From: Lama guanicoe
Lineage: Eukaryota
Assembly: GCA_013239625.1 (NCBI GenBank)
Contig: MU053881.1
Coordinates: forward strand, 5,727,957-5,791,956
Reading direction: 5' to 3'
Length of the DNA stretch: 64,000 nt
Position numbers and translations under genes: made by a program. The notes under the pieces were generated by a model. That model ran no database searches. It had not been told where the DNA came from and saw only the letters and a program-made list of their open reading frames with translations. Shown here piece after piece: positions 1-12,230 of this stretch; positions within the stretch are counted from its first letter, which is position 1, and every line of letters starts with the position of its first letter.

Positions 1-1330
1 TTAGCATGTCATTCTTCATTGGACATTTGGGTGGTTTCCACCCTTTGCCTCTTGTGAATAATGCTGCCATATAAACATAAATATATTAATACTTTTTTGA
101 GACCCTTCTTTTAATTCTTTTGGACATATACCCAGAAGTGGTCTTGCTGGATCATATGGTGATTCTATTTTTAGTTTTTTGAGGAGCCACTATTCTTTTT
201 TCCGTAACAGCTAGAATATTTACATTCCCATCAGCAAAGTACAAGGGTTCCAGCTTCTTTCCTTCCTTATCAATGCTTGTTATTTTCTCTTGTTTAAATA
301 GTAGTCCTTCTGATAGGTGTGAGGTGATATCTAATAGTGGTTTTGATTTGCATTTCCCTAATGATGGAACATCTTTTCGTAAACTTTTTGTCCATTAGTA
401 TATCTTCTTGGAGAAGTGTCTCTTTAAGTCCTTTGTCCATTTTGAATCCGTTTGTTTGTTTATTTGTTTTTGCTGTTTAGTTGTAGGGTTTCTTTATATG
501 CTTTGGATTTAAGATCAACCTTGATAGATCAACCTTACTGACATACCTTATCAGATGTATAATTTGTAAATATTTTTTTCCCACTTTGTAGGTTGCCTTT
601 TCACTCTGTTGATTGTGTTCTTTGATGTACAGAAGTTTTAAATTTTGGTGTAGTCTGATTTATATGTTTTTACTTTTGTTGCCTGTCCTTTGGTATCACA
701 TCTAAGAAATCACTGCCAAATCCAATGTCATGAAGCTTTTTCTTTATTTTTTCTTTTAAGAGGTTTATAGTTTCAGCTTTTATGTTTGGATCTTTGATCC
801 ATTTTGTGTTAATTTTTACATATGTTGTCAGGTAAAGTCCAGCTTCATTCCTTTGCGTGTGGATATCTAGTTTTTCCAACACTATTTGTTGAGAAAAATT
901 CCCATTCCCCATAGAATGATCTTGGTACCTTTGTGAAAAATCATTTGACCGTGTGTGTGAGGATTTATTTCTGGGCTGTCTATTCCAGATGGTCTGTATA
1001 CCTGCCTTTATACCAGTACCACACTGTTTCTATTACTATAGCTTTGTGTCATAAGTTTTGAAATCAGGAAACGTGAGACCTCCAGTGTTGTTGTTTTTCA
1101 AGATTATTTTGGCTATTCAGGGTCCTTTGAGATTCCATATGAATTTTAGAATGGGCTTTTCTGTATCTGCAAAAAACCTATTGGAATTTTGATAAGGATT
1201 ACATTGAATCTGTAGATTGCTTTGGGTAGTGTTGACATCTTAACAACATTAAGTCTTGTAATTCGTGGCCACAAGATTGTCTCTCCATTTATTTGTGATT
1301 TGTTTAATCTCATTCAGCACCATTTTGAAT
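1..1330 (-). mobile_element. LINE-1 relic (ORF2 3' portion), antisense
   Basis: ORF 670..912(-) YLTTYVKINTKWIKDPNIKAETINLLKEKI matches the L1 ORF2 motif; typical antisense L1 phrases such as gtggttttgatttgcatttccctaatgat. Confidence 0.9.
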
Positions 1331-2229
1331 TTTGCAAGGAGTCAGTCATATTTTAAAGAAGTTAAAAAATGAGAAAAATTATTTTATATGTACTGCTATT
1401 CTTACCATTTTTCTTTTCATTTATCTCTGCATTCCTTCATTAGACTCAAGTTTTCTTCTGGTTTCATTTTCCTTCCATCTGAAGATCTTTAACATTTCTT
1501 GTGGTAGAGGTCTGAGATAGGTGAGTAGAGTCCTGGAAGCCAAGTGAGTGAGGTTTATAAAGGAGGAGATGTTCAACCTTATTGATAGATCCAGAAATGT
1601 AAACAGTGAGAATTGACTATTACACTTAACTTGTAATTTGAAGTCTGTTCTGATGAAAAGAAATGATTAGGCAAAGGAAAGGAAATTCAGTTCAGACACC
1701 TGTTTGTTAAATGCACATTCTCATGGATGCAGGATTTCTAAAAATTTGATCAGAAGAGGTAATTATGCAAAGTAGACATGAAGGTTAATTGCAGTGTTGT
1801 ATATATCAGTAAAAAGTTTAATGTTCTTTACTTACCTGTAGTGAGTAAATAAATGGGATGAAGCAAACCATTGGCATTTTAAATGAAAGTGAAGGTCTAC
1901 AGTGACATGGAAAGATGTCCGTGACACACATGACAAGCAGTTCTCCTGGAGAGCACACTTCAGTAGGCTTCTTTTATGTATCTGTAGCTTTCAACCTGTG
2001 TACCAAACTGCAAATGGTCGTTGTCCCTGGGTGGCAGCACTTTGGTTGATTTTTCATTTTTTAACTTAATTTGGAAAATTTCTTTTGTGAAGTGCCTTTA
2101 CAAGTGTTTCACCTATTTTTTGGTTAGATGTATGTTGTTTGCTTTCCCTATTGATTTGAAATGAAGGTTTTTTGTTTTTTAGTTTTTTTGTTTGTTTTTT
2201 TACTGTTCTGAATGTATTGTCAGTCTTCT

Positions 2230-2960
2230 TTCACTTTGTGGGTTGCCTTTTTCCTTTAAATTTAATTTCTGTAAAAATTGAGATATATTTTACATATCAT
2301 AAAATTCATCCATCTCAAGTATTCAGTTCAGTGTTGCACCATCACCATAAATGGATTTAATACAACATTTTAATCTCCTTTTCAGTTTCTTAATGATACT
2401 TTCAGTGAACAGAAATTCTTCATTATAATCCAGTTTATCAGATTTTTCTTTCTGGTTAACAGTTGCTTTGTCCGTTTAAAGAAAGCTTTACCTATTCCAA
2501 GGTCACGAAGATGTTCCGTTGTTTCTTCTAAAAGCTTTCCTTTACTTTTAGATCTGCAGTCTATGTAGAATAGATTTTTTTTTTTTACCCCTTGTGAGAG
2601 GATAGGGCTCAAAATACAAGACTATCCAGTTGACATAGTCTTTTATTGAAAAGAGCGTTTTTTTCTCCACTGCACTAAAATGCTGCCTTGGTGTTCAGTC
2701 AAGTGTACTCATCATATGTGTGGGTCTGCATTTGGATGCTCTTTTGTTCTATTGATCAATTTGTCTCCCTTTATTCCTATGTGACACTCTTTGCTACTAT
2801 AGCTATATAATCTTGATATCTCATAGTGTAAATTCTCTCACTTTGTTATTCCAGATTGCCTTGGCTCTTTGTATTTCCATATGAATTTTAAAGTCAGCTC
2901 AATTTTGAGGCGGGGGAAGGTGGAGAAAAGCCTGCTGGAATGTTGATTGGTATTGTGTTA
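2230..2960 (-). mobile_element. Old LINE-1 ORF2 fragment, antisense
   Basis: ORF 2382..2612(-) KLLEE...LRDLGIGKAF...KNFCSLK is L1 ORF2-like. Confidence 0.8.
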
Positions 2961-3309
2961 AATTCATCATCTCTTACTCTAAAGTTTTTGGTGGTTTTAG
3001 TTTTCTTTTTCTAGTTTTCATTAAATGATAAAAATCTCTTAACATGTGCTCAGTAAGTGGTAGCTGCTGTTATTATAAATATAATTCATTTCTTTACAAT
3101 TTCTTGGGTAGATTTTTGCGTTTGAAATCTTTGGTGAATCTTGCCAAGTTACCCTTGAACACAGTAGTAAGAGAAATGATTGTGATGTGGATGATATTTC
3201 TCTAGCTGTGACTGATACCATTGATAGATGCTTGCATGTTTCTTTTAAAATGGTTTATAGCAGAAGCAAAAGAATAAAAATGTTTTTCTGGTTTATTATT
3301 TTTCCCTCC

Positions 3310-3515
3310 TCTGTGCAATGTTATGTTGTAGGTACTTTTGCACATGTTATTTCTATTCCTGCAACATAGACAGTATTATCTCTGTCCTAGGAAAGACGAA
3401 ACTGAATCCGAGTGAGAGGTCAAGTGACTTTGCGGAAGTCACACAGTTTATGATTGGCGGAGCCTGGGGTCTGCACTGGGCACTCCTGGCTCTAAAGTCC
3501 TGTTTTTTACACTTC
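3310..3515 (-). mobile_element. MIR SINE
   Basis: Contains gaaactgaa...gaggtcaagtgactttgc...gtcacacag, the antisense MIR core. Confidence 0.7.
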
Positions 3516-5519
3516 AGCTGACTGCCTTCCTCTCTGGTGCCACTCTTCATGCCTCAGTGTCCTTTGGCCATTCTTCTGTTACTACTTCTAATGCACCTTC
3601 TTTTCCTGGCTTTCTTTAGTGAATATGAAGCACTTTACAGGTTTTACTTCTAAAGTGCTCTTAAAAGTCAATCTCTAGGAAGCATTTAAGTGCACATTCT
3701 ACCATCCCTTGTCTCCTTTCTCTGGGAGACTCCAGAAGACTTGTATCTGTCCTTCTTTTGGACCTTTTTAAACAGTCAAATAATTAATGAAGTGTTCTTC
3801 TTTTATCTAGGTAAATTAATACTTCGGAGGTGATAAGGGTGACTGCCTTTCTGAAAATAGATTTTGTTTCTTAACTACTCTCTGTGGAGACCAGAAATGG
3901 TGGTGTGTGTTTTTCTTCCCCTGCATTTTGAATCCTGGCTCATCATAGACAATTTGGAAAATATGGGAAAGTTGTAAGCAGAAACAAAATTTTGCATTGC
4001 AATTAATAGGAAGATTATGGTAACTATACTAATATTCACTGTTAACAGATACTTACACTTCAGTAGTGTGTCAGGAATTATTCTAAATGCTAAGAATACA
4101 GAACGAGTAAAACAGCCAAATGTCTCTGTCCTGTGGAGGTTAAATTTGACGAAAGGAGCCTATATTAAGTGCCAGGATTGTCTTTTAAAAATTTCTTACC
4201 CTGTCGGGGAGGCCCTGTTTTCACTTCAGTTTTTTAGATCATGAAACCCACGGAGTGGTCAGATGACGTTGCAACAGGATCTGACTCCTGCTGGAAGTTT
4301 CAGTAACTAATTTCTGTTTCTTTAAAGTAGAGCATATATGTCGGGGGTCTTGGCATGGACCTTTTACTTTTTGAAGTTTCATTTCAAAAATCACTGTTCC
4401 TCATTGTTAAAAAGATGTGTCTTCCTTAAGGAAAGTGTAGATAGGCTATGTAAGCAAAAAGAAAATAAAAATTACAGAGAGTTTTGTTAGCACTTTAGCA
4501 CACTTTTTCTAGTTGCTTTTCTAAATAAGTCGATTGATAGATAAAATTGTATTTGTAAAGATGGGACCATACAGACATTTTATGACCTGCTTTTTCCCAT
4601 TTAATATAGTTGAGACCATTTTTCATGTGACTATTCTTCTAAGATAGTATTTCACCAATTTTAGGCAGGTGAGTATGGCCTTCACAGTTTTTGACATGTC
4701 TGCATACCATTTGTTCTTTTGTGTATTTCGTATATTTAAAAAATCTGCTTTCTTAAAAAAAAAAATCAGAAAAGGGAACAACTACATATCACTGCATGAC
4801 TGGGAAATCTGTGGTGCTTGCCGAGGTGGATTACTGTAAAAATAAATACCATAAAAACAAAACCTAGAATGAAATTCTAGCCAGACACTGTTTGTTACAG
4901 TAAACTCAACAGGAGGCTGGCTCTTTTTGTTAAAAACAGACAATTGGAGGTGTTAGAGCAATGTGAAGATACCTGTTTATGTAACTAGGAGCATTGAAAG
5001 GACACTGAAAAGGTAGTAACTTGTGCAGTATGGGATTCATTGTACTCCAAAACTTTAATCAAGAGTTTTCAATGTTTTTACAGTTAGAAATAAAATTTGC
5101 ATTTAGATCTCATACACATGAGCATGTGTGTTTATGTGTGTATATATAGTATTTATGTGTGTGTGTTATGTATGTGTATTTGTGTGTATATCACATACAC
5201 ATACTCCCACACAGCGACCCCCTCATATACTGTTTCCCTGGTCACATGAAAGATAGCATCGATTGTAAGACAGGCCATTATTTTATATAGCATTCAGAGA
5301 AAGCACTGCCCATTTTTGATGTTAAGATGTCATGATTATAAGAAATAGCCCAGTTTCAGAGGTATTAAAATATGAAAAAAATATATGTTGTAATTGAAGA
5401 AATAAGAGATGTACTGTTTTCTATTTCAGTTTTTAAAAAAAGTGGTAGTTATCCATTAAATCGGTACTGTAAACTATAATGAGCTGCAACCTGTAGTTCG
5501 AAAAACATTAAATTCAAAA

Positions 5520-6600
5520 TTTTAAATGGGAATCCTGATTCCTACTTTACATAAAAATCAGCATAGGTGCATTATAAATGTATAAAGTAAGATAAAATTT
5601 CTAGGCTGCTACACGAGATAGTATCTTTATGATCTTGGGAGAAGAGAAGTACTTCTTAAGCAGGGCACAAAAAAGCACAAATTATAATAAAAGAAACAGT
5701 GGATAAACTACATTTCATTAAAATTAATTACTTCTGTTTATCAAAAGACACTATAAAGAGAATGTAAAAGTTAAGCTACAGATGAGAAGACCTTTGCAAA
5801 AATACATTTGACAAAGGACTCCATTCTAGAATATATAAAATTTCTAAAAATCAGTCAGACTGTCCAATTAAAAACATGATCACTTCCATTTTACAAAAGA
5901 AGATATCCAAGTGGCTATTAAGTTAATGAAAAATTGCTCAACATCATTAGTCATCAGGAAAATACAGATTAAAATCACAGAGAGACACTGCTGTATACCC
6001 AAAAGAATGTTAAAATTAGGCAAACAAACATAAAAAGCCAAACAGAAAACCAAACCAAAAAAACAAAAACAAAAGCCCGTACTGGTGAGGATCAATTGGA
6101 AGGCACGTGCACTGCTGATGGGAGTGACTACTGAGCAGTGTTACTTTGGAAGAGTGGCAATGTATACTTTATGACCTAGCTATTCACCCCTAGTGTGGGC
6201 CTAAGGGAAGTACATATGCATATACACCAGAAAACATGACAGAATTACTTTAAATTCCAAAAGTAAGAGTGACCCCTACATGTTCAGCAACAGTAGAATG
6301 AGTGAATGATTTTTGAGTTAATATACAGCAGTGAAAGAGATTAACTGCTGCTCTATTTAATCTCAAAATCATAATGTTAAGCAAAAGAAGCCAGAATCAA
6401 AAAAATATATATGATACAATTCCACTTATGTAAAGTTCAGAAATGGGCAAAATGAATCTGTGGTAACGGGCTGCCTTTGGGGCATTTAATGACTGGGGAG
6501 GTAATATGAGGGAAGTGTTTGGGGCCCTGGTAATGTTTTTTACGTTGGTCTGAGTGCTGGTTATGTTTGAGAATTAAGCTCTTACTATATTGTACTTCAG
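5520..6600 (+). mobile_element. Old LINE-1 3' fragment (ORF2 end plus 3'UTR), sense
   Basis: acaaaagaagatatccaagtggct...tgctcaacatcattagtcatcaggaaaatacagattaaaatcaca is the L1 ORF2 C-terminal signature. Confidence 0.85.
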
Positions 6601-7499
6601 TAGAAGTGTTTCTTGAAAGAACTTAATTTTTTCCTGTTGTTACATTTTTAAATGACTCTATTTTTGGACATTTACACTGGTTTATATTTTTTTCATGCTA
6701 TAAATTTTTGTAGCTACAATTTTGGATAGGTCTGTAATTCCTTAGATGAATTGCTGTAAGTTAAATTATGTCCAGTGTTATGTAGTACTTTTTGAAGTTA
6801 CATATTAATATTCTCTGAACAGTAACAATTTATAATCCTACCAGAGACTCCAATTCCTATACAATCTATAAAAATTAAAGTTGTTAATTTGATAGGTGAA
6901 AAATTGCATCTTTTTTTTGTTATTGTACATGTTCATTTTTTATGGACATTTAAATTTCTTGTTTTGTAGTATCGGTAGTTACTCTTTGCTTAGTTGCCTA
7001 TTAAGGTAGTAATTTTGGTTTCCTAACTAATTTACAAGATATCTTTATATAGTTAAGTTATTTACCATTTGTGTAATATTTTGCCCAGTGTATTTGTCTT
7101 TTAAACTTGACTGAACATTCCCAAGTTACAATTTTTAAAAAATTTAGTCAAATCTAAATTTATTTCTATGTTTGGTAGCATGCTTAGATAGCCTTCCCCC
7201 ATTCCATGAATTTTTAAATATTTTTCTATTTTTTGCTTTTAGTCATTTTACGGTTTTTGAGTTTTTCACATTTGATTCTTTTTATGCATAGTATATACTT
7301 ATATGACATGAAGTAGCATTTAACTTTTGTTTTTAATACTCTTTCTTGAACTGTCCCTCTCCCTCCAATTTGAAATTGTAGTTCATCATACACAAATTTG
7401 TAGGTGTAAATGAATCTGTCTCAACTTTCTGTGTTGTTTTATTGGTTTTGTGTTGTCAGTACCACACTACTTTATTGTAGCTTTTAAGAAAAATTTTAA

Positions 7500-7630
7500 G
7501 GGGGAGCGTATAGCTCAGTAGTAGAGCATGTGTTTAGCATGCACAAGGTTCTGAGTTCAATCCCCAGTACCTCCATTAAAAAAAAATAATAAACCTAATT
7601 ACCTCCCCCCCAGAAAATTATTTAAAAAAG
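7500..7630 (+). mobile_element. tRNA-Ala-derived SINE, camelid vic-1 type
   Basis: tRNA-Ala-like head GGGGAGCGTATAGCTCAGTAGTAGAGC...TTAGCATGCAC...GTTCAATCCCCAGTACCTCCA, then an A tract and AAACCTAATTACCTCCCCC tail. AAAAATTTTAA-like TSD on both sides. Confidence 0.85.
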
Positions 7631-7736
7631 GAAAAAATTTTAATATCTAATAACAACCATTCCTCTTTTTTACAAAATAATTGGTAGTGAGGAAAGGAAG
7701 AAAAACTCTCCTGTATTCATTCTTCCAGATACCTTA

Positions 7737-7923
7737 AATAGCACAGGAAACTATATTCAATATCTTGTAGTAACTTACGGTGAAAAAGAATATGGAAACA
7801 AATATATGTATGTTCATGTATGACTGAAGCATTATGCTATACACCAGAAACTGACACAGCATTGTAAACTGACTACAATAAAAAATACATACATATAAAA
7901 AACCGAAAAAAAAAAAACCAAAA
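7737..7923 (+). mobile_element. 5'-truncated cetartiodactyl-type L1 3' end with poly(A) and 11-bp TSD
   Basis: atagcacaggaaactatattcaatatcttgta...acaccagaaactgacacagcattgtaaactgacta plus A tail. CAGATACCTTA occurs at 7726-7736 and 7924-7934. Confidence 0.85.
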
Positions 7924-8399
7924 CAGATACCTTAGTATAAACTTGTCCTGTAATATCAGTAACAGGCAAAATACTTGTTAGAAATCTGAGTGGAACTACA
8001 GGTTAAAGAAGTTGGAAGGAAACTCAACAACATTATAAATACCACGTAGTGGTGATTTCAGTCAAACTCCCGACGGATTTAAAATTCTTTTTCCAAATGA
8101 ATGTTTCTGGCTTTCCACTGAACTCATTTCCCAACAGTGTGTTGGTAAGAATTGGGTTTGGGGGAAGGATTTAGGCGAAGTTGGGGGCTGAGGTGGAATT
8201 AACGAGGAACAACTCAAAGGTGTTTGGTTTGCCTGTGCCAGTCACTGTGCCATGTATTTATCTTTGGAATTTATGGCAACTAGTAACAGGCAAACTAAAT
8301 TTAGACTTTTCTGCGTGGCCTGATCTTAAACATACACACTCTTCCTGCTTTCTAACTGTATTTGAGACTTCTTCTGTGGCCCACGATATTCTTAATCAG

Positions 8400-8402
<3 letters not shown>

Positions 8403-8452
<50 letters not shown>
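8403..8452. repeat. (TG)25 microsatellite
   Basis: Perfect dinucleotide run. Confidence 0.97.
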
Positions 8453-8455
<3 letters not shown>

Positions 8456-8904
8456 AATATTCTATCTAAGATCACGTGTTGGTTGGTCTACTTGATCTGT
8501 CAAAGATGAAAGGTGTTTAAAATTTTTTAAAAATATTTTGAACTTCTTCCCTTGGTGTACTTTGTGGACTTTTATTCTGTATATAAAAACACATTCTCCT
8601 CTTTATAGAGTTTTGCCTTTTAGAGAGTTTTAAAGCTCTTTATGTTATTCAGTGGTTTGACTTGAATATTGCTCTCCTTGCAATAATGACTTTTCCTTTT
8701 AATTTGAATTTTCCTGTTATGTTTTTGCTCATTGCTTTTAGCCTTATTGTGTGATCTTTGTTTTACTTGCCCTGTGGGCAGGGGAATGCCCGGATTCAAT
8801 TTCGTTTTATTTAAAAAATGCTGATGATAGCCCATTAAATTGATTTCATAGGCTACAACCAGCAGTTGGAAAACACCTGAGATGTATTTTTCTGAATAGA
8901 AAGT

Positions 8905-9080
8905 ACATTGACTTCTGAGTACAGCAGACCTAGATCTGAGCCCCACGTTTCTCACTTACTCTGTGACTCTTAACCAGTTACTTAATTCTCTGATCCTCAG
9001 TTTCTTCTGTAGAACTGGAATGTTTACTTTTATATTTGTTCTGAAGATTTAAAGACAACATATGGGCCAAGCCTAGTAGA
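8905..9080 (+). mobile_element. MIR SINE
   Basis: cacttactctgtgactcttaaccagttacttaattctctgatcctcagtttcttctgta matches the MIR core. Confidence 0.75.
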
Positions 9081-9449
9081 GACTAAGTAAAATTAACTAT
9101 TTGCATTTGCACTATGTGTCTGTTATCTTAATGTCTTAAATCTAGAAGCTCAAGAGAAAATGGCAAAATGCCCCCGTATTTTCCAGATCCTTTGTAGGTT
9201 TATTTTTCCCCCTTTCCTGTCAGGAGTAAAGATGTTTTTGATATGAAAATCTTACACTGTGTAGGTATTTCTCATCATGAAAGCCAAAATGCAGAATTTG
9301 CAGCGTTTTTAAAGTAGGAAATTGATTCCTCTTATATAACTCTTAAAGTAGGGAATTTTCCAAGTGAACTATATTCTGTGTTAGTTGGTGGCACCTGCTG
9401 GCAAAGATGTATCACTGCTTAGAGCCTGCTGGGCTTGTACACAGACTAA

Positions 9450-9823
9450 CCCCATGTAGCAGTCTGGGAAAGAAGATGGAGAATAGGAGAAGAATATACT
9501 GTGTTTCTAAGTGGGCATTTCCTTTGTCCCCCGGAAGTATTTGTGCAGGGAAGTGGGGGGGAGGAAGGAACCGTGCCATGCTGTTGCCCTGGCCCAGTGT
9601 CTGCCAGCATGTGCTGCGCCTGTTAGGAGGGTTTTGGGGCGAGCGTAGCCAGCAAACTTGGGAAAGCGAAGTTAAACTAACTTGGCCTAAGTTTTAAATT
9701 ATGAGATGTTACAGAGCCTTCAGTGTCTCAGTGAAGTTCATCGTCACTTACCTCTGGGAGTGGGGTGGGGGGAACACTCATGCAGTTCGTAGCATTTGTC
9801 AAACTTAATTAGACCCCAGGACT
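9450..9823 (+). repeat. Copy 1 of a diverged intronic direct duplication (copy 2 at 11778-12230)
   Basis: Colinear shared blocks: catttcctttgtc, gtatttgt, tgctgttgccctgg, aaactaac, ttttaaatta, ttacagag, caaacttaatt-gaccccaggact. Confidence 0.85.
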
Positions 9824-10604
9824 GTTTTTTCTCTGAACATCTCTTGTGTTGCCTGGACTACTGTTTGGAAATGATCCTCTGATCAGTGTAGCTTGAGGGC
9901 AGCATTTTCACTTCGGCATCCTCTCCTGAAGGCTTTCTGAGAGAAGGCACAGGCGTTAGATTCTTGAGGAATTTGATAGTTCTGAAATGTCCAGTATCGG
10001 TATGGAGTCTGTCATGATGGTATCAGTGCAGCTTCCTTACTTAGGATGGTGGGACTACAGGGACCACATCATTTTGCCATAGCAGGGATTTTAAAGCAGA
10101 GACTTATGTAAGAGTTACCTGGGGAACTTTAACAAAACAAAGCAAAGCGCACGTGCCTGGGCTCCATCCACTCTCGCCAGCTATTTGATCAAAGACATGC
10201 TTTGCTATTTCATTACATTTGGGACACCTTTGAGATCTAATGACAGCTCTGGATTTTCTTTCTGGAGGCATAAATACACACTAACTTTTGTAAATGACTT
10301 CATGACATTTATCACCTTCATCCACACCCCCAAGCCCATGGATCTCTAGTAAAGAACTCCTTATATCAGGTTTTCCCCAGTAGGAGTTTAACGGCAAGCA
10401 GAACTTACACCAGAATTTAGATATCTATGTACTCCATGAATTACTTGGCCTTGATGAGATCAAGCTGTACTTGAAGAAATCACATAGCATCACAGGCGTC
10501 AAAGGAAAGAAGCCTGAAGAGAAAGAATGGCCAGGCCTGAGATGGGCAGTGATTTTTAGTGTATCTTCCCAAGGAGGCAAGTTTAGGATCCCACACCCTT
10601 AGAG

Positions 10605-10833
10605 CAGTGGCTCTTAAGGGAGGGGTCAGTATTGTCACCTCACACCCACTCCACCCGACCCTGACATTTGGCAGCCTGGAGACATTTTTGGTTATCACGG
10701 TGCAGGGAAGGGGGACACTACTGGCATCTAGTAGATAGAGGGCAGGGATGTTGCTAAACACCCTGCAGTGCACATGGCATTCCCCCACCACAAGGAATTA
10801 ACCTTACTCCAAGGGTCAGCAGTACCAAGGTTG
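10605..10833. mobile_element. MER20-like hAT-Charlie DNA transposon relic
   Basis: ctggagacatttttggttatcac...ctactggcatctagtagatagagggcagggatgttgctaaacaccctgcagtgcaca is typical of MER20. Confidence 0.85.
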
Positions 10834-11250
10834 GTCTGATCTGCTTAAAGTCTGGCTTGTTTCTTCCTAGACTGTAGCATCCACTGGGAGTAGTATCAGA
10901 GTAGGTGGGTCTGCATTTTTCATTTACATGTGATACTTCTTGGTAGGTGTAGGAGGAAAGAGGTGATGATGAGAAGGGTAGGAAGTGAATAAGCCAGGTT
11001 GGTATTTCAAAGAACATTCCTTTCCCAGAAGTGCTGGACACTTAAAGAGGATTTCAACTCTCAGATTGGCTTACCTCATGGTTTCATCTGAGAGTCTGGG
11101 TGTAGGAAACCACCTTCCTTTTCTCGTGGAAGGAAGGCTCATTGTTTTTTTTTTCTCTCACACTTAAACTTGTGACTTTTTGTTTGTTATACATTTAAGG
11201 AAGAAAAGTCAAAGTAATTTTTAAAAAATGGTGGTTCTTATTAAGAGAAA

Positions 11251-11743
11251 TTTTTTTCACTGATTGATTGAAGTACAGTCACTTACAGTGTGTCTATTTC
11301 TGAATGCCCCCGTCTTGCATATACATATATTCATTTTCATATTTTTCCATTAAAGGTTATTATAAGATATGGAGCATAGTTCCCTGTGCTATACAAAAGA
11401 AATTTTTAAAAATATATTTTTATATATAGTGGCTAACATTAGTAATTATGAAACTCCCAAGTTTATCCCCTTCCACCCCCTTTCCCTGGTAACCATAAGA
11501 TTGTTTACTAAGTCTGAGAGTTTCTGTTTTGTAGATGAGTTCATAGTGTCCTTTTTTTTTCTTTTTTTTAAGATTTCACATATGAGTGATATATGGTATT
11601 TTTCTTTCTCTTTCTGGCTTACTTTACTTAGGAAGACAATCTCTAGGTCCATCCATGTTGCTGAAAATGGCATTATTTTATTCTTTTTTATGGCAGAGCA
11701 ATATTCCATTGTATAAATATACTGCAACTTCTTTATCCAAAGC
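11251..11743 (-). mobile_element. Relatively young 5'-truncated L1 (ORF2 C-terminus plus 3'UTR), antisense
   Basis: ORF 11446..11745(-) WIKKLQYIYTMEYCSAIKKNKIMPFSATWMDLE is the L1 C-terminal motif. AAGAGAA(A)TTTT flanks both ends. Confidence 0.92.
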
Positions 11744-11777
11744 AAGAGAATTTTCTAGTCTTGCCGTCCCTTCTTAT

Positions 11778-12097
11778 CCCCATATATAGCAGGCTGAGAA
11801 GGATGATGGGGAATAGGAAAGGTATGTATTGTACTTGTCATATGTGAACATTTCCTTTGTCTTCCAGGAGTATTTGTCTGGTGAAATGGGGGGAGGAGGG
11901 AGGAATTATGCCGTGCTGTTGCCCTGGTCCAGCATTTGCAAATACGTGCTGAGTTCTTGTTGAGATTTTATTATAAAGTGGGAGGGAGGTGGCCATACCT
12001 GACAAACTAGGGAAAGCTGGATGAAACTAACCTAACCCAGTTTTTAAATTAGGAGACATTACAGAGTCTTTAGTATCTTAATGAAGTGTATTGTAGG

Positions 12098-12129
<32 letters not shown>

Positions 12130-12230
12130 GTGTGTGTCAGAGAGAGAAAGAGGGAGAGAGTGCACACATGAGGGAGAGAGTGCACACATGAGCATGCGAC
12201 ATTTCTCAAACTTAATTTGACCCCAGGACT
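11778..12230 (+). repeat. Copy 2 of the intronic duplication, interrupted by (TG)n and a perfect 2x20-bp tandem repeat (12151-12190)
   Basis: Colinear with 9450-9823; contains agggagagagtgcacacatg twice. Confidence 0.85.

Noticed and set aside
7500..7576. tRNA-Ala gene-like sequence (also at 51742-51884 and 53644-53736)
   Set aside because: Mutated stems, SINE-specific tail, A tract and TSDs show these are retroposed SINEs, not tRNA genes.
9385..9404. CTCF-like motif on the - strand (CCAGCAGGTGCCACC)
   Set aside because: Mismatch in the conserved GGC core; too weak to call.
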